NCBI GenBank assembly: GCA_036128515.1
Contig: JAYYQG010000031.1
Span: 1-58,161, forward strand
Reading direction: 5' to 3'
Source of the DNA: Chloroflexota bacterium
Lineage (GTDB): Bacteria > Chloroflexota > Dehalococcoidia > Lucifugimonadales > Lucifugimonadaceae
DNA: 58,161 bases
Shown here: positions 1 through 7,177 of the stretch, in pieces
Position numbering within the stretch: position 1 is the first letter of the stretch
Layout of the letters: every line of letters begins with the position of its first letter
Program-made: the position numbers and the translations under genes
The notes under the pieces: model-generated
The model's database searches: none
Told to the model about the DNA's origin: nothing
The model's input: only the letters and a program-made list of their open reading frames with translations

Positions 1-210
1 CTTCAACCGGAGCTTCTTCAACTGGAGCTTCTTCAACCGGAGCTTCTTCAACAGGAGCTTCTTCAACCGGAGCTTCTTCAACTGGAGCTTCTTCAACCGG
101 AGCTTCTTCAACCGGAGCTTCTTCAACAGGAGCTTCTTCAACCGGAGCTTCTTCAACCGTAGCTTCTACAACTGGAGCTTCTTCAACCGTAGCTTCTTCA
201 ACCGTAGCTT
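1..210. repeat. Tandem repeat of 14 copies of a 15-nt unit (consensus cttcaaccggagctt on +), coding for the C-terminal tail of S16
   Basis: The period of 15 is read directly from the sequence. Units differ mainly at one position (cgg/tgg/agg/cgt). The array is cut by the window start, so the true copy number is unknown. Confidence 0.95.
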
Positions 211-517
211 CAATCTCTTGTTCAGGTGATTTTTTCACTTTCTTTTTATTTAAAATTAGTGGCTTTATTTTTCCACCATTATCGTATCCAGCTATATTAA
301 ATATTTTGTATACAGATTCAGAAGGTTGAGCACCTTTTGATATCCATTCAGATACTTTTGTTTCATTTAAGTTTACACTTGCTGGATTAGTATGTGGATC
401 ATATGTACCAACTTCTTCTAAATATTTACCTTTTTGAGGTGATCTTTGGTCAGCAACAATTATCTTGTAGAATGCCTTACCTTTTGAACCTACTCTTCTT
501 AATCTTATTCTTACCAT
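1..517 (-). CDS. rpsP: 30S ribosomal protein bS16 with a repetitive acidic C-terminal extension; 3' end truncated by the window edge
   Basis: Absent from the ORF track because it runs off the left edge. The reverse-strand ATG at 517..515 gives MVRIRLRRVGSKGKAFYKIIVADQRSPQKGKYLEEVGTYDPHTNPASVNLNETKVSEWISKGAQPSESVYKIFNIAG, the canonical S16 core. A Lys-rich linker and in-frame EEAPV/EEATV repeats follow and continue to position 1. Confidence 0.9.
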   Translation of the reverse strand, partial: MVRIRLRRVGSKGKAFYKIIVADQRSPQKGKYLEEVGTYDPHTNPASVNLNETKVSEWISKGAQPSESVYKIFNIAGYDNGGKIKPLILNKKKVKKSPEQEIEATVEEATVEEAPVVEATVEEAPVEEAPVEEAPVEEAPVEEAPVEEAPVEEAPVEEAPVEEAPVEEAPVE

Positions 518-617
518 AATTATAAATAGTTATTATATGAACCATGTGATTGTATTTCCACGAAACAACTAATGTCAATTAATTTTTATTAGAATATTAC
601 AATGTTATTATTAAAAT

Positions 618-1253
618 ATGATTATAAAACTGTACGCATCAATAAAAGAGAAGCTCGGAAAAGATCAAATTATCATAGAAAGTGATTGTTTGAAGAATAT
701 TGAAGACATTATAAATTACTTCAGTAAAAATTTTGATATAGATATAAGCAATTGCATGTTTGCATCTGACCTAAATTACGTAAAAAAAGATTCTAAAATT
801 AAGCCTAACCAAGAAATATCTGTGATCCCTCCAGTTAGTGGTGGGTCCCAAAATGACTTGATAGAAATTAAAAGAGACCAAATTATTCCTGAAAATTATA
901 AGATGAATAAATTTAAGCATAATGGTGCAGAATTAACTTTTTTAGGTATCTCAAGGGAAACTAATGAAGGAAAAAAAGTAAAAAAACTATTTTACGAATG
1001 TTATGAAGAAATGGCAGTGAGTGAAATTGAAAAACTTATATTTTCTACCAAGAAAAAGTATAAAATTGATTATTTTGTTGTAGTGCACAGAATTGAGGAG
1101 GTTCCACCTGGAGAAATAAGTTTACTTATAACAATTGCTTCAGAACACAGAAATCAAAGTTTAAATGCTATGACAGAATTTATAGATATATTTAAAGAAA
1201 AAGTGCCAATTTGGAAAAAAGAAATTTATGAAGACAGTAGCAAGTGGTTATGA
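618..1253 (+). CDS. Fused molybdopterin synthase: MoaD-like sulfur-carrier domain ending in GG, joined to a MoaE catalytic domain
   Basis: Residues 1-76 have the ThiS/MoaD beta-grasp pattern and end in VIPPVSGG. The remainder (LTFLGISRE..., VVVHRIEEVPPGEISLLITIASEHRNQSL..., VPIWKKE) matches the MoaE pattern. Confidence 0.75.
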   Translation: MIIKLYASIKEKLGKDQIIIESDCLKNIEDIINYFSKNFDIDISNCMFASDLNYVKKDSKIKPNQEISVIPPVSGGSQNDLIEIKRDQIIPENYKMNKFKHNGAELTFLGISRETNEGKKVKKLFYECYEEMAVSEIEKLIFSTKKKYKIDYFVVVHRIEEVPPGEISLLITIASEHRNQSLNAMTEFIDIFKEKVPIWKKEIYEDSSKWL

Positions 1254-1286
1254 TAAAACTGAAAAAAGTATAAATTAGGAGTAGTA

Positions 1287-1817
1287 ATGAAAATTAAAGC
1301 TGGTGATAAATTAGATAATATAAAACTTAAATCTATTGATAACAAAGACTTTGATTTAAATAAATTGTCTGGAAAAAAAATTCTATTATCTTTTTATAGA
1401 TTTGCCGCTTGCCCAATGTGCAACTTGAGGTTAAATGAAATAAATAAAGTTTATGGTGATTTCGGTAAAAATTTTATTCATGTTGCAATTTTCGATTCCA
1501 AATTAGAAAACCTAAAAAGGTTTACTTCAAAACACAATGCTCCCTTCCCGATTTTGGCAGATGAAAATTATGAATATTTTGAAAAATATGATGTTGAAAA
1601 GTCCTTGTTGAGGTTTCTATGGAGTCAAATAATCAGGGCCAACAGACAATTCATGGGATATTTTAAAGGATATTTGCCAATTGCTTTCAAAGGAAGTATT
1701 ACAACAATGCCAGTAGATATTTTGATTAATGAAAAAGGTATTGTTGAAAAGGTAAAATATGCAAAAGATCTAAGTGATCACATTCCACTAAAAGAAGTAA
1801 TAAGTTTTTCAAAATAA
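1287..1817 (+). CDS. Thioredoxin-fold AhpC/TSA (PRX-like2 type) redoxin
   Basis: FYRFAACPMCNLRLNE has a CxxC in the position typical of peroxiredoxin-like proteins. An AGGAG Shine-Dalgarno sequence lies 7 nt upstream of the ATG. Confidence 0.65.
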   Translation: MKIKAGDKLDNIKLKSIDNKDFDLNKLSGKKILLSFYRFAACPMCNLRLNEINKVYGDFGKNFIHVAIFDSKLENLKRFTSKHNAPFPILADENYEYFEKYDVEKSLLRFLWSQIIRANRQFMGYFKGYLPIAFKGSITTMPVDILINEKGIVEKVKYAKDLSDHIPLKEVISFSK

Positions 1818-1875
1818 AAATGCTGACCCCCATGTAAAGGAATCCTTATGCCGTTAAGGAATGAGGGGCCAGCAT
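1811..1875 (-). terminator. Candidate intrinsic terminator for amt, possibly bidirectional
   Basis: The arms atgctgacccc (1820..1830) and ggggccagcat (1865..1875) pair as 6 bp, one mismatch, then 4 bp. An inner CCTTA/TAAGG stem sits between them. On the minus strand the hairpin is followed by TTTTTATTTT (1811..1820). This is the only GC-rich hairpin I could see between convergent genes in the window. Confidence 0.55.
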
Positions 1876-1896
1876 TATAAAGGAATTAATGAAGCA

Positions 1897-3159
1897 TTAA
1901 TCCATTTTTACATTCGCGAAATCTGGGTATCCTGAAGCACTGTGTTCAGTAACATCAAGTCCAGTTTTCTCTTCTTCTTCACTTACTCTCATACCAATTG
2001 TTAAATCAATTGCTTTGAATACAATAAATGATGTTGCGAAGACGAATATGAAGGCTGCAGCAACTCCAACGAATTGAGCACCCAATAGTCCTGCTCCTCC
2101 ACCGAAGAACAAGCCATTAGTTCCGCCGTAAGCTTCTTGAGCAAATAGCCCAACAGCAAGCGTACCCCATGCACCTGTAAATCCGTGAGCAGCAATAGCG
2201 CCAACAGGGTCATCAACCTTTAGAACTGATTCTAATAAGATTGAAGAACCAACAACTACAAATCCGCCTAGTAATCCAGTTAGAATTGCCATTGAAGGCC
2301 CCATGTTTGCACATCCTGCTGTGATTGCAACAAGACCTGCTATAACTCCATTTAGAGTCATATAAACATCAAACCTCTTCCATATAAAGTATGAAAGAAT
2401 CATAGCTCCAACAGCACCAGCTGCGGCTGACAAGTTTGTTGTAATGAAAATGATTGCTATTGATTGGTCATTTCCTGATACAGTTGATCCAGCATTAAAA
2501 CCGAACCATCCGAACCACAGAACAAATACACCAAGAGCCATCAAAGTTACTGAGTGACCAGGTATTCTATTAACTTTACCATCTTTAGCATATTTTCCTA
2601 ATCTAGGTCCAACAACAATTGCTCCTGCAAGTGCTGCCCAACCTCCAACGCTGTGAACAACAGTAGAACCTGCGAAATCCACGAATCCTGGGCCAACATC
2701 ATTAAGCCAGCCACCTCCCCAAACCCAAGATCCAAATATAGGATAAATGAATCCTGTTACTGCGATTGCATACAATAAATATGCAGTGAACTTAGTTCGT
2801 TCAGCTACTGCACCAGAGATAATTGTTGCAGCAGTTGCAGCAAATACAGTTTGAAAGATAAAGAACGCAAAATCGTTCATACCAGTTTCGGAAGCAGGAT
2901 CAATACTGGATAAACCAAAATTGTCTGTTCCTATCCATCCACTTGAATTAGTTCCAAACATTAGTCCAAAACCAATTATCCAGAAAACTAATGAACCAAG
3001 TGAAATGTCCATAACGTTTTTCATTATGATGTTAATTGAATTTTTGGCTCTAGCAGCTCCAGACTCTAGCAATGCAAAACCCATTTGCATTAAAAACACT
3101 AGAGCAGTTGCTATTAAAGTCCAAACGATATCTAACGATACCGGATTAACTACATCCAT
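1897..3159 (-). CDS. amt: Ammonium transporter (Amt family)
   Basis: 420 aa and polytopic, with Amt signatures FAGSTVVHSVGGWAALAGAIVVGPR and AAHGFTGAWGTLAVGLFA. An AGGAG Shine-Dalgarno sequence lies 5 nt upstream of the ATG. Confidence 0.95.
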   Translation of the reverse strand: MDVVNPVSLDIVWTLIATALVFLMQMGFALLESGAARAKNSINIIMKNVMDISLGSLVFWIIGFGLMFGTNSSGWIGTDNFGLSSIDPASETGMNDFAFFIFQTVFAATAATIISGAVAERTKFTAYLLYAIAVTGFIYPIFGSWVWGGGWLNDVGPGFVDFAGSTVVHSVGGWAALAGAIVVGPRLGKYAKDGKVNRIPGHSVTLMALGVFVLWFGWFGFNAGSTVSGNDQSIAIIFITTNLSAAAGAVGAMILSYFIWKRFDVYMTLNGVIAGLVAITAGCANMGPSMAILTGLLGGFVVVGSSILLESVLKVDDPVGAIAAHGFTGAWGTLAVGLFAQEAYGGTNGLFFGGGAGLLGAQFVGVAAAFIFVFATSFIVFKAIDLTIGMRVSEEEEKTGLDVTEHSASGYPDFANVKMD

Positions 3160-3249
3160 AAAAACTCCTTATAATTTTTTATTTAATGTATGTAATTTAA
3201 TTTTGAATTGTTAAGGAAATGTTAAGAAAATATAAAATATTATATATTT

Positions 3250-3318
3250 TTCGTATTAATCAATTATTATTGTTACGAAATAAGTATTCGTAATTTTAAT
3301 TATTTAACAATTACGTAA
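3250..3318. promoter_or_regulatory. Candidate operator array: four TTACG/CGTAA half-sites arranged symmetrically upstream of amt
   Basis: The layout is TTCGTA (3250..3255), 17 nt, TTACGAA (3273..3279), 7 nt, TTCGTAA (3287..3293), 17 nt, TTACGTAA (3311..3318). The central 21 bp is a perfect 7-bp inverted repeat. It lies about 115-135 nt upstream of the amt start codon. Confidence 0.4.
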
Positions 3319-3365
3319 CACTTATTAACATTCTTGGAAACATGGATATTATCTAATGGATAATT

Positions 3366-3482
3366 ATGAAATTAAAAGAATCACTTGAAAAGAATAATAA
3401 ACATTCTGCAGCTATAATTATGGTTTATCTATTAGTCTTAGTTGCATTTGCAATAATAATTGCTTATTTTATTATTTCTTAA
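3366..3482 (+). CDS. Small hydrophobic peptide (38 aa), hypothetical
   Basis: My own translation gives MKLKESLEKNNKHSAAIIMVYLLVLVAFAIIIAYFIIS, which has one predicted TM helix. It is below the ORF-track size cut-off. Its stop overlaps the next ATG (TAATG). Confidence 0.35.
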   Translation: MKLKESLEKNNKHSAAIIMVYLLVLVAFAIIIAYFIIS

Positions 3483-3628
3483 TGAAATCTAAATATCTAA
3501 TACTAATTGCATCTACATTAATTGTTTTAATAGTATCTCTTAGTTTTTCACTTGGACCATTATCAATATTGATGCTATTACTTATTAATACTGCAACTTT
3601 CCTTCTTTTTCATAAGCGCAAAACCTAA
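3482..3628 (+). CDS. Small hydrophobic peptide (48 aa), hypothetical
   Basis: My own translation gives MKSKYLILIASTLIVLIVSLSFSLGPLSILMLLLINTATFLLFHKRKT, which has two hydrophobic segments. Its start is coupled to the preceding micro-ORF through TAATG. Confidence 0.35.
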   Translation: MKSKYLILIASTLIVLIVSLSFSLGPLSILMLLLINTATFLLFHKRKT

Positions 3629-3686
3629 TTTTTTTTTCTGCATAAACTATAATATCTAATTTTATTAATGTTCAAATTAAAATAAA

Positions 3687-3716
3687 TAGACATGTTTATA
3701 CATTAAATAGTAGAAT
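3687..3716 (+). promoter_or_regulatory. Candidate sigma70-type promoter for tRNA-Ser and the downstream miaB-nadA-nadC genes
   Basis: TAGACA (3687..3692), an 18-nt spacer, then TAGAAT (3711..3716). The tRNA begins 23 nt after the -10 hexamer. Confidence 0.35.
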
Positions 3717-3738
3717 TTGAACCTAAAATTAAACAATA

Positions 3739-3830
3739 GGAGAGTTCGCATAGAGGCCTAGTGCGTCGGTTTGCTAAACCGATGTCGGAAGTAATTTCGA
3801 CCATGGGTTCGAATCCCATACTCTCCGCCA
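3739..3830 (+). tRNA. tRNA-Ser (anticodon GCU), class II with a long variable arm and an encoded CCA
   Basis: Folded by hand. Acceptor GGAGAGT/ACTCTCC; anticodon stem TCGGT/ACCGA with loop TTGCTAA; 6-bp variable stem GTCGGA/TTCGAC; T arm ATGGG-TTCGAAT-CCCAT; discriminator G followed by CCA. Confidence 0.93.
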
Positions 3831-3835
3831 TAATT

Positions 3836-5152
3836 ATGAAAGACTTTTTTATATCAACAGTTGGTTGCCAGATGAATGTTTCAGATTCTGAAAGGCTTTC
3901 CAGCGGACTTAAATCACTTGGACTTGAAAAATCTGAAGATGAGAATTCAGATCTTGTAGTTATTAATACTTGTGTTGTAAGGCAGACAGCTGAAGATACA
4001 ACAACGGGCTTTTTAGGAAAACTAAAAAAAATAAAAAAAGATAAGCCAAAAATGATGATTGTTGTTATGGGTTGTATGGTTGGTCCAAAAACAAATGAAC
4101 TTGAAAAAAGATTTCCACATGTAGATATATGGGCTGCTCCTCAAAAATTTCAAAAGATACTAGATCCAGTTTCTGAAATTGTGTCAAAAAAGGACCTGGA
4201 AGGTTGTTTGCCAGATTTACTGCCTCTTAAACCCAAAATAGCCAGTTTTGTACCTATTATTCATGGCTTTAATAAATTTTGTTCTTTTTGCATTATTCCA
4301 TACAGAAGGGGAAGAGAAATAAGTAAAAGTATTTCAGAAATCAAAGAGGAGGTTTTAACTTTAACTAGGCGAGGAGTAAAAGAAGTTACTCTCCTTGGTC
4401 AAAATGTTGATTCATATGGACACGACTTAGATCCAAAAAAAGACTTGGCAGATTTACTTTATGAATTAAATTCAATTGATGAATTAGTAAGGCTAAGATT
4501 TTTAACTTCACACCCAAATGACATGTCTACAAAGATTATTGAATCAATTAGAGATCTATCAAAGGTATGTGAAACAATAAACCTTCCTTTTCAAGCTGGA
4601 GATAATGAAGTTTTAGAAAGGATGAGAAGAGGTTACACGAGAGAGGAATACATAGACAAAGTATTAGAAATAAGGCAAACAATACCAAATGTATCAATGA
4701 CTACAGATCTAATTGTGGGATTTCCTGGAGAAACAAGAGAGCAATTTTTAAAAAGTTTAGAGTTAGTAGAAATGATTAAATTTGATAAGGTTCATGCATC
4801 GATTTATTCTGACAGACCAGGTACGATAGCTTCAAGAAAAATGGGCGACGATGTATCAAGAGATGAAAAAAAATGGAGAATGGCACAAATTGTAGAAGCC
4901 CAAAAAAAGATCAGTAACGAATTAAATTCTAAATACATGGACTCATATGAAAATGTATTAATCGAAAATTATGCAGATAATTTATTTTCTGGTCGCTCAA
5001 GATTAGATAAATTGGTTTATATAAAAAGTGATAAAATAGAAATTGGTGACTTTGTTGAGGTAAAAATAAACGAAACAAGAACATGGTCGTTGAGTGGTGA
5101 ATTTCAAAAAATTATTAAGAACGAGAATGAGGCACATTTAATTGGACATTAA
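3836..5152 (+). CDS. miaB: tRNA methylthiotransferase MiaB family (UPF0004, radical SAM and TRAM domains), with a non-canonical radical-SAM motif
   Basis: The N-terminal cluster cysteines are present (VGCQMN, INTCVV, MGCMV) and there is a C-terminal TRAM-like domain. I moved the start to ATG 3836 because the track ORF (3761) reads through the tRNA-Ser gene. The radical-SAM motif reads GFNKFCSFC instead of GCNxxCxxC. Confidence 0.85.
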   Translation: MKDFFISTVGCQMNVSDSERLSSGLKSLGLEKSEDENSDLVVINTCVVRQTAEDTTTGFLGKLKKIKKDKPKMMIVVMGCMVGPKTNELEKRFPHVDIWAAPQKFQKILDPVSEIVSKKDLEGCLPDLLPLKPKIASFVPIIHGFNKFCSFCIIPYRRGREISKSISEIKEEVLTLTRRGVKEVTLLGQNVDSYGHDLDPKKDLADLLYELNSIDELVRLRFLTSHPNDMSTKIIESIRDLSKVCETINLPFQAGDNEVLERMRRGYTREEYIDKVLEIRQTIPNVSMTTDLIVGFPGETREQFLKSLELVEMIKFDKVHASIYSDRPGTIASRKMGDDVSRDEKKWRMAQIVEAQKKISNELNSKYMDSYENVLIENYADNLFSGRSRLDKLVYIKSDKIEIGDFVEVKINETRTWSLSGEFQKIIKNENEAHLIGH

Positions 5153-6347
5153 AACTTTTAAACCAAGGAAAGTAGAAATACCAGTAACTGAAATCGAGCA
5201 AGCTTCTTTTTGCAGGTTAGACGATAATTTGCGAAGCAAGACACTTGAGGAAGAATTTAAATCAGGTGTTAAATGGCAAAAAGTTCCTCTAAGGTACCTT
5301 AAGATGAAGCCAGATGAAATTGACTCTGAAATTGTGAAAATGAAGTCAATTATTGGAAACAAGCTTTATATACTTGGTCACCATTATCAGAGAGAGGAAG
5401 TAATAAAATTTGCAGATACTACTGGTGACTCTTTTAAACTCTCTGTTGATGCTTCGAAAGTAAAGGATGCTGAGTATATCGTGTTCTGTGGTGTTCACTT
5501 TATGGCTGAAACAGCAGATATTCTTACAGAGCAAAATCAAAAAGTAATATTACCCAACATGGCTGCTGGGTGTTCAATGGCAGATATGGCATCAACTGAG
5601 GATGTAAATGATGCATGGGAATTTGTAAAAAAACATTCGGACGATTTTATTCCAATAACATATATGAATTCTACAGCGTCAATTAAATCATTATGCGGTA
5701 GTAATGATGGAATTGTATGCACATCAAGTAATGCAAAAGTGGCCTTTCAGCAATATTTACCTCAAGGTAAAAAAATATTCTTTTTCCCTGACCAACATTT
5801 AGGCAGAAATACAGCACTTTCATTGGGTGTAAAAAAAGAAGAGATAAAAGTATGGAACCCTTTCAAGGAAAATGGTGGTTTGACAATAGAAGAAATTCAA
5901 AAAGTAAAAGTCTTGGTTTGGCAAGGTCATTGTTCGGTTCACACAAGATTTAGTGTCGAACAGGTTGACGAAGCTAAACTAAAAGGTGCTAATGTAATTG
6001 TTCACCCAGAATGCACTAATGAAGTTGTATCTGTTTCTGATTATGTAGGCTCTACTGAATATATTATTGATGTAGTAAACAATGCGGAATCTGGTACAAA
6101 ATGGGGAGTTGGAACTGAAATTAATTTAGTTAAAAGACTTGCAAGTCAAAATCCTGATAAAGAAATATTTTGTTTAGATCCAATTGTCTGCCCATGTGCA
6201 ACAATGTACAGGATTCACCCAGCATACGTTCTATGGGTATTAGATGGTATTGCAGCTGGATTGGTCATTAATCAAGTAGAAGTTGATTTTGAAGAGAAAA
6301 TAAATTCAAAAATTGCATTAGACAGAATGCTAAATTTACCAAAATGA
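5142..6347 (+). CDS. nadA: Quinolinate synthase NadA (long, Bacillus-like form)
   Basis: Motifs GHHYQREEVIKFADTTGDS, VFCGVHFMAETADIL, AAGCSMADMA, CTSSNA, WQGHCSVH, VHPEC and CPCATM. TTG 5142 is the only in-frame start codon upstream of the conserved N-terminal region. It overlaps miaB by 11 nt. Confidence 0.9.
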   Translation: MDIKTFKPRKVEIPVTEIEQASFCRLDDNLRSKTLEEEFKSGVKWQKVPLRYLKMKPDEIDSEIVKMKSIIGNKLYILGHHYQREEVIKFADTTGDSFKLSVDASKVKDAEYIVFCGVHFMAETADILTEQNQKVILPNMAAGCSMADMASTEDVNDAWEFVKKHSDDFIPITYMNSTASIKSLCGSNDGIVCTSSNAKVAFQQYLPQGKKIFFFPDQHLGRNTALSLGVKKEEIKVWNPFKENGGLTIEEIQKVKVLVWQGHCSVHTRFSVEQVDEAKLKGANVIVHPECTNEVVSVSDYVGSTEYIIDVVNNAESGTKWGVGTEINLVKRLASQNPDKEIFCLDPIVCPCATMYRIHPAYVLWVLDGIAAGLVINQVEVDFEEKINSKIALDRMLNLPK

Positions 6348-7177
6348 TTTTTGATAAATTTCATCTTGTTGAAAAATTAATAAACATTGCTATTGATGAA
6401 GATTTAAAACACGGCGATCCAAGTTCTGAAATTATTTATAGTAACCCAAGATCAAACTATTGTTTATTGCTTAAAGAAGATGCAATGATATCTGGAATAG
6501 AAGTTTTTAAATATATTTTTAAAAAAATAGACAATGACATAGAGTTCGTAAATTTTAAAGAAGACTCATTTTATGGCAAGGGAATTATAGGAAATGTAAT
6601 TGGTAATGAATCTTCAATCCTTTCTGCTGAAAGAACCGCATTAAATTTCTTACAAAGAATGAGTTCTGTTGCTTCATCAACAAATAATTTGAAAAAGTTA
6701 ATTAACAATGAAAAAGTCGAATTAATTGACACAAGAAAAACAATTCCAGGATGGAGAATTCTAGATAAATATTCTGTATTAGTTGGCGGAGGAAAAAATC
6801 ATAGAATGAATTTAGGCGAGTTAATAATGATTAAAGACAATCATTATGACGAAAAAAATTTAAGTAAAATTATTGAAAATGGAAAAAGTAAATTCCCCGA
6901 ATTAAAAATTGAAATAGAAGTTGAAAATACAACTCAGCTTAATAAAGTTATGGATGAAGATGTTGATATCATAATGCTAGATAATTGGTCATTGGAAACA
7001 GTAGGTGAGGCTATAAAAATAATAAGAGATAAAAACAAAGATATTTTAATTGAATTATCGGGGGGAATTAATAAAGAAAATATAGCAGATTATGCAAAAT
7101 ATTCGCCAGATTTTATTTCATCAGGATCAATAACTCATTCACCTAAGTCAATTGATTTTAGTCTTGAAAAAAATTAA
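6344..7177 (+). CDS. nadC: Nicotinate-nucleotide pyrophosphorylase (quinolinate phosphoribosyltransferase)
   Basis: AERTALNFLQRMSSVAS, DTRKTIPGWR, GGGKNHR and MIKDNH motifs. It has an ATGA overlap with nadA. Confidence 0.9.
   Translation: MIFDKFHLVEKLINIAIDEDLKHGDPSSEIIYSNPRSNYCLLLKEDAMISGIEVFKYIFKKIDNDIEFVNFKEDSFYGKGIIGNVIGNESSILSAERTALNFLQRMSSVASSTNNLKKLINNEKVELIDTRKTIPGWRILDKYSVLVGGGKNHRMNLGELIMIKDNHYDEKNLSKIIENGKSKFPELKIEIEVENTTQLNKVMDEDVDIIMLDNWSLETVGEAIKIIRDKNKDILIELSGGINKENIADYAKYSPDFISSGSITHSPKSIDFSLEKN

Noticed and set aside
1-210. The regular 15-nt repeat array at the window start as a possible CRISPR array or satellite.
   Set aside because: There are no spacers because the units are contiguous. 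The period is a multiple of 3 and the array is in frame with rpsP, so it is a coding tandem repeat.
3761-3835. The N-terminal 25 codons of the track ORF 3761..5152 (MRRFAKPMSEVISTMGSNPILSAII).
   Set aside because: These codons are a read-through of the tRNA-Ser gene (3739..3830). The conserved MiaB N-terminus starts at ATG 3836.
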